A stretch of DNA of 64,000 bases from Glycera tridactyla (taxonomy: Eukaryota): NCBI GenBank assembly GCA_965644265.1, contig OZ286462.1, forward strand, positions 27,528,001-27,592,000. Direction: 5' to 3'. Below, one piece after another: positions 1-14,425 of this stretch (positions within the stretch are counted from its first letter, which is position 1; each line of letters opens with the position of its first letter). The notes beneath the pieces were generated by a model. It saw only the letters and a list, made by a program, of their open reading frames with translations. It searched no databases and was not told the origin of the DNA. A program made the translations under genes and the position numbers.

Positions 1-1016
1 ACATGACATTTAACAAATATTTCAATTCCATTTAACCAACAAAAACTTAAAGTAAGCAATTAATATTGAAACTATATAAGAAATCAAGGCCAATGGTTTC
101 GAAGAAAGCCTCCAAACATGGCAACATCTTATCAAATCTTCATCGATTCTGAGTATGGAGTTACTGAATAATTAAACAATGTGTCACACATCACTAAAAG
201 TTGCAGAACAACCAATGAACAAGTTAATGCAAAATACTGTTTATGGTTCCAGGAGGGATCCTCGAGAATATGCACGCAAGCAATCCGCTTGTTCACAACG
301 AGGAGACCTATGGTGATAACCACTTCATTTCTGTCTGAGATCATAATTGGGAACGATAGCTAGTGTACTACAACCTTGAATAGGCCGGTATCTTATTCAT
401 AATATTAATTCTTCAAAATCCTTGAGAAAGAAACCGAATGATGCCGGAGAGATGAGACAAAATATGTGCAAGTATGTTTGAATTTGAATAACCTTGCCAC
501 ATCAAAGGGAAAGTTTCAAATATAACAATACACAGTTTTGCATGAGAACAAGCATTATTTATGAAGAACAAAGGAGATAAAATACACTTGTTTCTGTCAG
601 TACATATGGTAGCTACTCTGTAATGTGATAGAGCCAGGTGTGAAGTGACTTTTGCCGACTGGTAACCTATCATTAAAACAAGTAACGGTGAAAGGTAGAT
701 ACTGGCACGTCCACCACACCATGACAATCTCAGTCTGGAGCAACGGGATTTCGGTTTGCTTCAACTCTCGCCATATTTTTAATGAGGAATTGTAACTATC
801 CTTCTCTGAAGTTTAGACAAGACCAGTATAGCCTATATGAAGAAGGCTTGCTAGAGCTCATGGCATAAAAATTTGCTTGGTGATCTTTATGATTTTCTGT
901 TTCCACCTGTCAAGTAAATTGGTAGAGAATTGCCAATAACTGTGTATAAGCTAGATAACAAGTAGGGCATATGGATATAGGAGGCTTTCAGGTCCACCAG
1001 GAGGATAATGATGATA

Positions 1017-1176
1017 CAGAGAAACCTGCAATGAAGACCACCTCTCTATAAAGGCCATCCTGAGCTGCGACCATGGTAGTATTTTCAACAGTGAATGACC
1101 TCTCTATAAAGACCACCTCCCTATAAAGGCCATTTTTTATGCAACTGAGGGCAGTCTTTATAGAGAGGTTAGACTG
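1017..1176. mobile_element. MITE family 1 (Tc1/mariner-type, pogo/Tigger-like ends), orientation A
   Basis: TA|CAGAGAAACC...GGTTAGACTG|TA; internal GACCACCTCTCTATAAA repeats and the shared core GAGCTGCGACCATGGTAGTATTTTCAACAGT. Confidence 0.85.
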
Positions 1177-4100
1177 TACGCACAAAGAGCAAGCACCAAC
1201 TTTGCTGAGATTTGCAATGCTTTCTCCTCCCAGGACATACATTATTAGTATTCTCTGAATGGAGAGATAAAACTATAGAATTATACAATCTTAAGAAGAA
1301 TTTCATCTATATCTATTTGAAAATCCATGTCAAAGATTCTTATGAGCTGACTAAACAAACTGGACTCACAAACTGAACCTTTGCAGATTTCAAATTGCCT
1401 GTCTCGTCTTGTCCTAAGCCTTGATATAATCAGTCCAATTCTATATAATTAGCTTTTTGACCAGAACTCTTATCGTACAGTGATCTATAACAGTATTTTG
1501 CCATGCAACCTCAAAGTCTAGCCAAGTGTCATTGTTGTATGGATGTGATATGGCTGCATCCCTCAATGATGATACTGATGTTTCGTGATGTACCACCTTT
1601 CATCTGACATTGCCAGTTACCTCTAATGTGATGAGAGAACTGCAACACATTTCCCTAATGCATAGATGTTCACACTTTGAAGTCAAGTCTTCCATATCTA
1701 TCAGACACAAAAGAAATGATAAATGCATAATAGCTTTGCCTACCAATCATGTGATGCACCTTTCTCTAGCATGAGCAACAACACTGCATTGAGCTGGAGG
1801 GGAATGAACTAGCGATTTGCATGATTATCATTTATTGATAATATCAGAACATCTAGCATGCTACTGGTTACTATCATTGCCTGCAGAATGGATGAGTCTA
1901 TCAACCAAATGAGCGCAAATTCCGTTTAGCTGACCCTTACCTTAGGACAACACTGAATGGGATTTACCTGGGATTTCATGAGGTCAAAGCGCTTACGATG
2001 GATCAGGTTTACGATCTCAAAATAGAAATATCATATAGCAGTGAAACTATTCTTCAAGGATTCCCTTGAGGATTTTCTGCCTCGGCAGAGTTTTGGACAG
2101 TCGTAGAAACGCAGCCACTTCAGATGGTCACAGATGGTTGCCCATAGCTTGTCTGCAGGTGAGGATAGTAAGTGGGTTTTTGCATGATTCGTCCATCTCA
2201 TCCGGGCGACATGACATCAAACGGTTGTCAAACAGCCCTTGGGATATTTGCTATTCAGGTGGCGACGACATCTTAGGGACATCTTAGCGTTGAATTATGA
2301 TCACACACTTATCGTTCATGCTCTGCCATTCTGTTGGAGCCACATGTTCGTTAAAAATCTGACCACACAAAATGTAAATGATGCAGATGCAGATGTGCAT
2401 AAATTCTCATTTGTTCACCACAAAATAGGTGCAAAATTTGAGGAAAATATTATACTCTCCTTTTATGGATGGATTTAATGATATTCTTTCATGAGGCAAG
2501 AAAATGATCGATCAGAGAATTACTGTGATGCACTTGAAGAAAGGGAACAGTAGCAAAACTGAAAATTGGCTAGATTGTATTTCTATGGAGGACTGCCGGA
2601 GCAGAAAACCTGACGCTGTGTGCGACTTCAAAATGGCGTCCAGTGATTTCAAGGTCAGTGCTCGATTTAATGACAAACTCAAGAGGCTGACAAGGTAATA
2701 TGCTGTGTGAGGGACACCCCCATGAACCTATGACCTACAGCCCCCAACCCCCACCATCATCTTGTTCCCCAAGAACACACTTCTCTCTCTCTGCACAGTT
2801 GATGAAAAGGGATCTTCAGAATGAAAATAATAAACAAGGATGTGTTTTCTAATTGCAGATACATTCTAACATATCTTGTTTGGAACTCCTGATTGATTTG
2901 TTAGCATTTTGATTGTGTATAGATAGCAAAGCATAAAAGGCTGCTACAGATAGATGTATCTGAGAAATTTTCGAAAAAGGTGGCTGTTGCAAGGTGGTGT
3001 CTCCAAAAACATTAAACATACAAGTACAACCATTTGAATAAATGTATTTCAAAATTGGTGGTGGTGGAAGTAGCATTTACAGTCTAAGGGTCCTCTGACT
3101 TTCAGACTCTGAGTTAAAGTGGTCAGTTTTTGAGTTTTTGAGAGAAACTATTTGAAACAATTGTCTTGAATTAAGAACTGGAAGCATCTTGCTTGGTTAC
3201 AAAAGCCAATGAATCTGTGTACTGAGTGTGGATCTGCTGGACTTGAGCCAGAATTTCAAGTGGGGTATCTACTGTTTGAAACATTTAGAGTACGCTAAAT
3301 CTTCCAGATTCATGTCAAAATCAGAATTCGTCCACTTGGATCGTCTCCAATACATCTACCCACTTGACTCGACAGTACCGAAACACTCCAGAAATAAATG
3401 CTTTAACTCAAAAACAATCTCATAGGATTTTAAACCAATCTTGTTGATGTTTGATCTCCTGATACATTAAAACTGAATTACGTGGACAATTACCCAATCT
3501 GAAATCATCTGATAGTTATACTTTGGCGCATTCGTAAGCCATCACGTCAGATTTGACGGGATATTCTTCGCGTTCAACATCACTAATGTTTGGATCCTAT
3601 TTACCGATTACCACAATCGTTGAGCGAGAGTGGAGGTATGACAAGATAAACATGAACTGGATGATGGCTCGCTTCGACTTACACAAAGACATGCTTGTAA
3701 TGTCTCGCCAAGGTACGTACACCAACAACGTCTAACTTTAATCTTCGTCTCTCCATCAGGCAGGATTCTTCGAATGCACATACACACATAAAAACATGCA
3801 CCATTGCATGCTCATCACTCAATTTTGTCAAATGTTCGACAGGGCTGGATAACAATCTCCATGGTTGGCAATTGACAAAGGGCATATGAATTCTTTCACC
3901 ACAGAAAAAATCCATATTCAACTTCCAAAAATCAATGGCAACTTCCAAAATTCCCCACACAGCAAAATTTGAAAACAAAAGTATGCATATTTTCCCTATG
4001 TGTGCTGTCAAATTAATGCCAGTGAGAAATAGGTTGACCCAGAGATCCAGTTTTTCAGAAGTCTGCGGTCAAACTTCCCCCGAATGTGATCCTCTCATCT

Positions 4101-7100
4101 TTTCCACTTAATGGCAAAAATCATAGGAAATACCATCTATTTTTAGTCAAAACACTCATTCAGAGTAAGACTACATCATCATCATCTTGATCTATCAGCA
4201 AGAATGTGAGTTTGATGAAATGATAACATCATAGACTGATTCCAGTAACATATGAAGCAGAAATGAAACAAATGCAATGATCTTTATGGTGTAGATGAAT
4301 CATGTTTAGAATGTCATTTCAAATAATAGTATGACACCACACTGACCACCTCAGCAAAACCATGAGCAGTTAGGCCATGATCATGTCCAGCAATGATGAA
4401 TGAGAAACTCCTAAACCCCGTCACAAGATATAGAAACATGCCTAATGCTTAAACCAGAACCGACCAATACAGACAAGATTTTCCAGGTCCAGAAGCCAAA
4501 GTGAAATCTTGAGGAAACCTCTATTTGAGAAGTTGAAGACCAATTGAGTATGTATCACATTGACATCGCAATTCAATAAGCGAGGTAAGCACAACTATGG
4601 CATGGAATTCAAATGAACAGTGCATGATGCAAACATCTTTTGAACAAGAATAACTCTGGTTCATGGAGTGTTATTTCACACTCTTTTCTTCTTTTGGCAC
4701 GATTAGGAATTTGCAAGTCAAAGTAATCAGATTAAATGGATTTATGTTGAGTTTCAATTAAACACAGAAAAAAGATCCGAGTGTCACTGAATATCTCACA
4801 AGGCTTCTTTTGATTCATTGCATTACCATCTAATCATTCTATTTGTTGGATCGCCAGCGGTGGGAGACTGACTTCAGTTGTCAATTAGAGGTAGACCATT
4901 AGCTACAAACCGTCATTCCAAATCACAGGGCTGTGAGTGGTTCTCCAAAGTTCCACAAAGTTCTCATCTTTAGCAAGTTTCTGGACCGTGCGATCCTCAA
5001 AGATTGCCAACTACAAGATGGAATAACACATGATCATCAAAATCTCAGATGAGTCAAACCATCTGCATACAAATGTAGTGTCCACTATATATAGCCTGTT
5101 TCTCATGATCTATTCTTTACTCAGTGTCCTTTCCCATCATATTATGGTGGACTACATTCACCTTCAAAAACAAGACATCCACAGAAAATGATTATCCCTG
5201 CGAATGGGAATCAATTCACCCACTTGAAAGACATCCATGTAGGGTTACAGTGAACTTTCAGATTGTATTGGTACCCATACTAAAAACAGGCAACTTCGAT
5301 ACAGAGAAAAATTGCTGAAAGATCTCCCATTCAATTTGCATCAAATCATAATACTGTGGAATTGATCAAATATTCTATCTGTGGAAATCATGTCTATAAT
5401 TATGAATATAAATGCTGAAAGAATTATCATTGATTTGGCTGATTATTGCAAACTTGATTACTACAAATCCTTTGGAATTTGGAAATGATTCCGCAGTGAC
5501 TTGAGTTAATTGTTTGGACAAAAATCCACCTCAAGACACCAATTACAGAGACAGCCATGTTAATCCCAGGAACAATTGGCTGACATTGTAGACACACATC
5601 CTCCTAATCGTCACCGTGATTTATGTCACCGAATAAAAATTGAAAACTCCAGATACCAGATTAGGAAGACTCAAGGCCATAATTAGGCAACATAGTCCAA
5701 ACTGTAACCATATTATAAAAATTATCTTGCATATTTGACAATGATGGCAGCAGGGAGTGCTTGCTTTTTCACTATTCCTATTGATGGCCATACACGGAAG
5801 CTGATTCTGTATTCAAGGTGAAAACTAATCTGTTTCCAGTGCAATGGCTGACAGGACAGGTTTGCGAAACACTATCTTCATGGAACAAACTATCGTCAAT
5901 CTCAACTCTGCACCTATTTTTCTTGAATATTCAGCAAATGAAATTCCTATCAGGTCGTTGGTGGTCTCAACGTGATGTATTACACCTGTACGTGATGGGA
6001 CGGGCACGCAATCTGAAGAGCAACTTCTGAGAGACATCGGGAGCATCCGGGCGCAGCCACTGACACCTCGGGAGCATCTCCTCATTGATTGCAGCCTGCC
6101 AATTGATATCTAGTGTCACTAGGGTGAAATACATCAACTGTATGAATTACTGTAGCCGCACAGAATGGCACAACCACGCATCCGCTTCTCCACCACCATC
6201 TTGGAGTGCCCCATCTTCCTGTCAAACCCCGTACCCACTAAAGCATCGCAGCAACTGACCCAACTCTTGCCCCGCAGCAAGTACAGCAAAAGCACCATCA
6301 GACTGATGGAAAAGAAAATCAATTATGTAGATGGGAGACAATATATGTACCAACGCCAACTGTTGCTGTCCGTTCTTTTGAAGAGAACCTCACTCTCTGA
6401 AAGAATCAAACTTGACGACATTGTGATTTCAGCTTTGGTTTATAAACTTTGACTGAGATTATCATTCAACCCCTTCCCACAAGGATATATCCTTATATGC
6501 AAGTTGACTAATTTCAAAATAAGTTTTTTTGTTCTGATCCAATTTCCAGACTTTCTGGGTAATCCATGCTCTAGGTTAATAATCAACACTTGTAAGATTT
6601 CCCCAACCATATATACATTTGAAGATACCTGGAAATCTGTAATGATGCACTGAAATCATGAACTCTTGTGATGAACTCTAATACAGCTGACCCCTGTGCA
6701 TAATGAGACTTTCTGAACCTCAAAAGAGCCTTTGACATTCTTCATTGACCTCGCTCAAAAGTGAACATCATTTTCAGGTGTGAATTTACCTGAGCATCGG
6801 TAATTTGAAATCCGATACAGTGGTTTACAGTACAGAGAAGGCAATGTGGCAATTTTGGCTGGACCGCTTGAAAGAATATATCATGATGTGGGCGGAGCAC
6901 GACAGACGTGTCCCCTATCCCTCTTGTACTCGGCGCGCTTTCAAGACAGTACCTGTGTTTGTCTCCAGAATGGAAAGCGGGTGTTCTGACCCCATCAGTT
7001 GTCACTGAGGTGTTTCACACATTGCTCTCTGAGCATGAATGCACGCCAGCTCAGGTTTCATCTGACCATGTTCATCCCAGGATTTGACAAACATGACCCA

Positions 7101-7723
7101 CAAAGAATGTTTCAACAAACCCTGTCTATCCTTTGCTGGAGGCATCAAATTTTGTCTAATTTCTGGTGGTTCAAAAAAACAGACTTTTGTCTGCCAATCT
7201 CCAAAGACAAGAACACATGAGAAGAATGGGGTAATCTAAGAGAGGGTAGATGCCATGTGGAAATTAAAATGGTAATATAAGCCACACCTACAGCATACCA
7301 TTCAAACATGAACAAAACTATCTCCATGGTTATCTCGATAGAGCTGCGAATGAATTGATCTGAATTAAAAGATGACATGATGGTAACTTTTCACACATTC
7401 ATCTCGTATTTGTGTGATATTGAAGTATATAATTGAGTTTTTGAAAAAGTGGGGCTATCTGATATAACCCTAATTAAGAATATTTTTCACCAGTATCAGA
7501 AGTACTGGTGATGTGGCTGACAAACTAGACACCCACTCTCTACTATGGACAGTCTCATCCGAGTCTGTTTTTAACTGAGTATGTCACGCAATTGATTCTA
7601 GACACTCATACTAGAATCTTGCCTGTTTAATGATATTTCTGATCTATTTCAGAGTGAAAACCACTGTAAATTTGTAAAACTCCATTATCTCTCATGGACA
7701 CAGATTGAAGTCAGAGATCATGT

Positions 7724-7833
7724 CCTACTGGCACAGGCAGGAGGGCAGGTGAAAATGACAGGAAGGGCAAGTAAAAATCACACTTTACCTGCCCGAAAGA
7801 CAGCTGAAGAAAAAAGATTAATGTAGAGCCCTG
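7724..7833. mobile_element. MITE family 3, 5'-truncated and internally deleted copy
   Basis: CCTACTGGCACAGGCAG is joined directly to GAGGGCAGGTGAAAATGA...ACCTGCCCGAAAGACAGCTGAAGAAAAAAG...TAGAGCCCTG, matching 46974-46989 plus 47079-47170. Confidence 0.75.
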
Positions 7834-8867
7834 AGAAATCTAACATTTCTAAGCCTTGGAATAAGTGCAAAACATGCTAATATCACAGAAAACACTAGGT
7901 TACATCAAAGAAGAAATATCAACAGTTGTTAAGTGGTATAATGTCTCCTAAAATTTGCAGATGGATAATCCTCAATGTATTCCTTTGTCACTTTTCACTT
8001 ACAAATGCAATTTTTTCTAATCACTACAAATGGGGCTTTATATGAAATAATATCTCGCTCTTGTTGAATGCTGTGGAAAAGCTATTGGAAGCTCAACCTT
8101 CTCCTCATGTTCATCTCCTCTCCCACTGCAGAGATACATCATACTTGAAGGTAAAATTGCTGAAAACGGTCGAACTACCATGAGTGAAGTAAATCTTCTA
8201 CTGTCAGGGCAAGTCTCAAGTCTTCTGAATTGATGGTTTCTCCATTCTATCAATCAATGAGCAAGGCATAATAGATTCAGACCTTCCCCTACCAATAGTT
8301 TCAAACAAGTTGAAAAGTAATGCTTGCTGTTTCATCTCTCATCTGAAGGTATACATTTCCTACCTGTTTTGCTGAAATAGGCTTTCCTAACGAGAATAAT
8401 TGAAGCAGATAATGGATGGAGAATTCATAGCCGCAGGTGGATGACAAAGCGGGAAAATATATGTCGGTAACTCGTCCTCAGCCACGAGGATGGACTCTTC
8501 AACAAGTCCGCCAGCGGCAATGGTGAGTAGTAATTTATGCAATCACTCAACACAGTTTTCTAAGGTCAGTTCGGACATCATCCATGACTCAAATTCTCAA
8601 CTTTAATCCATCTTTTCATCCACATTATTCAAGCTATTTTTGAATTTCATCAAAACATATGATACTGAGGTGAGGAAATATATATGGCAATTCCATTTAG
8701 AACCAGTGATCTGTTGATCAATAGTCCACAAAAAGCTGGCCCTAACGTCTACCAATCACTGCTGTATTAGGTTTTCACAAATACGGATCATCTAAACCAC
8801 ACCCCAACCAAGCAACAATCAACAGCCACACATCACATCAAATCTAGATTGTCAGGCCTTCAAAATA

Positions 8868-8985
8868 CAGTCAAACCTGCGAGAGTCCACCTGCCTACAA
8901 AGGCCACTTTAGGCAGTGATTGCAGTGATATTGTCAACAATGAATAGCCTCTCTACAAATACCACTTTTCTACAAAGACCATCTT
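8868..8985. mobile_element. MITE family 1, degenerate, right end missing (orientation A)
   Basis: TA|CAGTCAAACCTGC start and CTCTCTACAAA/ACAAAGACCA motifs; no right TIR seen; end coordinate approximate. Confidence 0.6.
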
Positions 8986-10707
8986 CTTACAGTTCATAAC
9001 AAGGATGTCCAAAGATGTCACAAGAAGGAGGATTTCTATGGCATTCTTGTCATCCATGCCCCTTGCCAATAGACAGGGAATTCCACAATTATAAGTTCTG
9101 TGTATACCAGGGTGAGCTCCAGCCAAACCCCTGGCTTATGTTGAGACAAGCCGTGTCTGCATGCAAACATATGAACTGAAGTGTGATAAATAGCATTGCA
9201 TATGCAAAGGCGGTGTAAGAACTTTAATGAACAATGCGCAATCATTTAAATAAGACAAGGGAGGGATGAATCCAGAGATCGATATCTAAAATGTCACAGT
9301 AGCTATACACACCCCAACATGCACACATGGCACCCATGTGATCTCCAGGACAGTCCTGGTTGGTCATAAATAGACAATTTGTTGATGGCTTTCCCATCAG
9401 GCTCCACCTCCACATAAATAATAACAACAGAGTTGATACGGACATGCCTGATGAAACGATTGAGACCATTGATTATCGATCAATCAACTTAATATCTAGT
9501 CGTGCAATCTCTATAGTACGGCCCGCCCTCACCTTCATGATTGGCTCACCATGGGGAAAAACCAACCTGGCAACAGCAACGTCAACACAAAGGCTGACCT
9601 TCCAGGCTATTGATGGCGTACAAGCCATCCACCAATCACGAGAGTTATTCATGTACCCTGCATGATATGAACCAGCAGTTACACACGAAAAAATCATCAC
9701 GTAATCTTCCAGATATCACAAATATATCATTCTATTTATCCCCATCACCGATCTTTCTACATAAAAGACGATATCCCATCTACTCATGCACATATATGAT
9801 CCAGGTTATGATGAAATTTGTTATTATTCTTTCTCTAATCTAGCCATCTGTAGAAACTGGTGAATAGTTGATGAAAATTGTGCATTACAGGGAAATATAG
9901 GAGTAGATATATGGCGAGGTAGCCAGAATAAAACTAATCAGTTCGCATAATGGCACTCAACTTATGTGGACTCAGCTATTCTTGCTTCAAAAGGGCTGGC
10001 CAGGACATCATTCACTGCCATACTGTCTGTCGGGAATGGAAGATGGCCATCATAGAATGGGTGATAATTGGGGAAGAAAGCAGTATTTGCCCTCATCTAA
10101 GCAATCAAGCGACATGACAAGATGGTTAGTGCCTTCATCGAGGTGCAATAGTTATTCTCTGAGGAATTGTTCTCCTTCACATCTTGATATATGGTATATA
10201 TTGACTCCATATTTGCCTAACGAGCCAGTAATGGAGTATACTTCCACCTGATGTAGCAATGTAAACACAGTACTCTACTAAGTGCTCCATCACAATTGTA
10301 CCGCTGAAAGGGATAATGCTAACCACTTTCCCACCCTTGCTGGCATGCATGCGAAATGCATGTGACTATAAATGTGTATGACATGGATCTAAAATATGCA
10401 GTACCTCAAGTACTATTGGCAGCTACATTATGTGATATTTTGATTCCAAACAGGTACAAGTGGGTTTTGATCAATATTATATAGAAGTATAACCCACCCA
10501 ATGATTTTCTCTCATCAAATCAGGACATAAGTTTTCACTCAAAACAAACAACACTTTCCATGTCAGGAAAATAATATTAAACTGTAAGGCCCATCACTGG
10601 AGATAGAATTGTTGGATGAAGATTTCCTCTTAAAATTACTTTTTTATGATTTGCAGTCTTTGGCTGTCCATATCCAAGTCATCTGGGATTAAATCCAATT
10701 CATAATA

Positions 10708-10885
10708 CAGTCAAACATGCTCTAAAGACCCCCTCTCTATAGAGACCACCTCTCTATAAAGACCACCCTGAGCTGCGACCGTGGTAGTATTTTCAACAGT
10801 AAATGACCTCTCTATAAAGACCACCTGCCTATAAAGACCATTTTTTGATGCGACCGAAGGCGGTCTTTATAGACAGGTTCGACTG
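10708..10885. mobile_element. MITE family 1, full length 178 bp (orientation A)
   Basis: TA|CAGTCAAACATG...CAGGTTCGACTG|TA; TIRs plus TA duplication; 15 mismatches in 178 nt against the reverse complement of 16096-16273 (hand count). Confidence 0.92.
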
Positions 10886-11873
10886 TAATGGGAGCACCAG
10901 AAATAAACAAAGATAAGAAATAGGATGAGTTTCTCTCATCATAGATCCTATAATTATCATATTCAAACTGGAAAATTGTGAAAGAATCAGCTGAATCGAA
11001 CCACTTGTCACTCAGCTCATTTCAGACATGACAAAATCTCCAACAAATATGAGGCTGGTAAATTTAGCATACACTGAAAATAGAAATTCTGCGGTCATAT
11101 GATGTTCTGTGAGTACATGCATGTCAATTTCATCCTAAACCAATTCATCAACCTTTTTCTCAATGATATAAATTGTATCAACCATCCATTATACATCCTC
11201 CCAATTGCAACGGTGAATATTGTTTCACTTATCAGATGAATAATGGAAATCAGTCCGAATATAAATTGGATGTCTGCGTAGACCGATATTTTACTGAGCT
11301 AAACAAGTTCAAAGAAGTATTTTCAAACAATGGCTTTGACCTGGCGTTCATGCAACATTGAATTCATTTCAAACAGTTTAGGACGCTTAGTCTTGTCCAT
11401 CAACAATATCTGAGTTTGAAAGAGTGTACATCCCCTATTATCACTCTATTGTCAGGGAAGCCACCATCTTTATTGTGAATGACACAACGTTACTCCATCA
11501 CGTCCCTACCTTCAACTGACCACTCATAATGCTAACTTGTGAAGCTAATTTGTGTGATGACACGCAAGATTCTTCCTTACACTTGGTCATACTGGGCGAT
11601 TACGATTGCTTACCACTGAGGAAGGCGCCACTTTTGTTAGAACGTTTAATAGATGATGTGTCAATTAGGTTAAGAGGCTCATATTTTGAGGTTCGTCATT
11701 GAAGTTATCTCCATGGGAACTGCAAGATGTATGCGTCCAACAGCTTAATCACATCGAGATGCCTCCATCCATGGGTGACTGGCAAAGGTCCTGCCTAGTA
11801 TCAAAGACAGTCAAACAACCAAAACAGGCATATGATTACCTCCCAGTATTAAGCACAGTTTAAAAGCAAATTA

Positions 11874-11899
11874 TGTGTGTGTGTGTGTGTGTGTGTGTG
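11874..11899. repeat. (TG)13 microsatellite
   Basis: Direct reading. Confidence 0.95.
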
Positions 11900-14074
11900 C
11901 GCATGCCCGTGCGTGTGTGCATGGGTGTGCATGTGTACACTGCATGCCTGTGTTTTTTTTATAATTGCTAGGATTCCAAGATTAGGACAGTCTATTTGGA
12001 CGGAGGACATTTCTTCAAAGAGGGAGCAACAATGATCATAAATTTCCAAATTTGATAAGTAATTTTGTAGGACAATCTATAAACCACTTGATGGGGTTAT
12101 GAAGACTAAGCATCAGTAGTTGGAAATTGCACACCTTCCAAAGAGTGAATGCAGCTAATTTTGATACTGCCTAACCGACATCCCAACAGAATTGAGCCAT
12201 TTGATACCCGTCACTCTTTCCACTAAACGTTGGTTCCTCCCACAAGGACTCCGGGGAGTTGGGACTTTCTTTGTGATAGAATTGTCCTCTTGGTATTACA
12301 TCAGCCAGCGCACTTATAGTGTCAAGCCAGTTGAAGACTTCACTGTCGGCATGCGAACGAACCTGAACGCCTGATCATAGGGTGATCAACGTTACGTGAC
12401 TGTCTCCTGGTTACATCTCCACTGATTATAGGGGGGACGGAGTGTGATTTATCTTCTGTCATGTGACCTCCGATGATGACGAAAATGACCCTGAAATGCA
12501 AGTTGTCCTAATATACTGGGAGTTCAACCACAATGGCAAATAGTCTGACTGGGCTGGAAGTACTGAAAGTTTCAAAACTACTGATTACATCTTCCTCGCA
12601 AACATTTTTGGACAAACTTTCACAATGATGGGGTCAGTGGATCTATCAGTAAGGAATTCATTCTGCTCAGTCATGGTTTTAATCTGTGTATCCAATCCAT
12701 TCCATGGTCTTACACAAAAGATGCTGAAGAATGTTGAATTTCCATGACCAGTGGGGTATCAGTTTGCCCCAAAATGAAATCACAAATATCAGCATAAATG
12801 CAAGAAATATTGGACATACGTGCAGAGTGCATTGAGGTGCATTTTGGATTCTTACATACAGAGCTGGACAAAAAAACAGACTCGCTGAATATGACCTAAA
12901 TATAAACATTGCCTTGTCAACACTGTGAAGAATTTCATCATAAAATCAATCTCATCATTCCAATCGAGGTAATAAATATGGAATATTTGACAGATTTGGT
13001 AGCACTGAAGTGGTTTGAGATAATGAATTGTAAGATTAACTGCAAGAATGATTAGACTGACTGTGAACCTCAAAGGTGCAAACTAAATGTTGAATATTGA
13101 ACGATCAGCCGCTTCCTCATTTGCATGATAGAGCCACATATCTGGGTAGACACATAGAAATGGGTGCTTATTTTGGATCGATCCTCATTTATCCATGCGC
13201 GCAGCTCCGAATGGATGGAGGACAGTGTCGGCACCGCGTTTCCCACCAGTCTCAAATAAATGTTTGATGCTTCCATCCTCGCATCACATTTACATAGATA
13301 AATCCAGTGGAGCTGGATGACCTTTGTCACTCGAAATGTGATGCTTGCTCCGAGCGGCTCATCCCTAGAATGACAAAACATCATTTGCCAAACATATTAC
13401 TACCCTGCGATTGAACCTGAATTTTGATAAATAGGGCGAAACCTATGAAGAACACCTTAATACACTTCTGGACATCTGAATGCAGACTGATAGTTGGATT
13501 TCAGAAGGCTTCGGATTTCAACACTAACATCACATTCCCTGAATTATGAAGAGAATTGTTGCATCATTGGGCACAAAGCCACAGTTCCACCTAATTTCAC
13601 AATCAAATTCTTATGAAAGTTCTGTCTTTTGATGTTTCTTAATCAACAGATATCAATTTGGACATTCCTGCACTGAAATTCTTCTCCATAAAAAGAAAAC
13701 TGCAATGCAGCTGTGACTGGTTATACCAGATATTTCTATGCCTGGTCTACGTTTTCGTCAAAAAGAGCTAGTAATATGTGTCGAGCATGGGAAACTCCAA
13801 CATCCAATGATGGTGTTCGTTTTCAAACAGTCAAAAAGTTAATTAAACAAGAGTATTTGGTGGTGATTTGCAGGGAATGAGAGAAGAGCTGGGTTGGGTG
13901 TCACTGAGCCCCATTTTATGTCGACAAATACTAACCCAGTAACACATATCACACCCAGTCATCTGCATTTCTGCAGGCCCTGTAAGCCAACCTCTCTGAT
14001 TTATCTCCAGGCTTCTTCCATACATCAAATCAGCCACAGATACCCTCTCTGTGTGGCTGGCTGTGTGGATGCCA

Positions 14075-14425
14075 GTCTGTCTGTGTGAATGTCTGTCTGT
14101 CTGTCTCTCTCCCTCCATCTTTTTCTGTCTGTCCCTTCTCTCTCGTGTATGTTTGTCAGTCTGTCNNNNNNNNNNNNNNNNNNNNNNNNNNNNNNNNNNN
14201 NNNNNNNNNNNNNNNNNNNNNNNNNNNNNNNNNNNNNNNNNNNNNNNNNNNNNNNNNNNNNNNNNNNNNNNNNNNNNNNNNNNNNNNNNNNNNNNNNNNN
14301 NNNNNNNNNNNNNNNNNNNNNNNNNNNNNNNGTCCCTCTGTGTCCATCCATCTATCTGTCTGTCTGTTGTCTGTCTGACTGTCAGTCTGTATATAAATCC
14401 GTCTGTCTTTCTCTTTCTCTCCCTC
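14075..14425. repeat. (TCTG)n/(CT)n microsatellite region spanning an assembly gap
   Basis: TCTG/CTGT units on both sides of the N run 14166-14331. Confidence 0.9.
14166..14331. other. Assembly gap (166 N)
   Basis: N run. Confidence 1.

Noticed and set aside
3619-3678. VEASHHPVHVYLVIPPLS resembling the IS200 TnpA HUH region
   Set aside because: No true H-hydrophobic-H triad, flanked by stops, no catalytic Tyr motif or TnpB/Fanzor ORF nearby.
10708-10885. Regularly spaced short repeats in MITE-1 as a CRISPR-like array
   Set aside because: No unique spacers, bounded by TIRs and TA duplications, dispersed copies, eukaryotic context, no cas genes.
12449-12490. Minus-strand acceptor TTGCATTTCAG at 12490 as a tail exon
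   Set aside because: Phase-0 reading stops after 13 codons (GHFRHHRRSHDRR*); no Pcdh motif.
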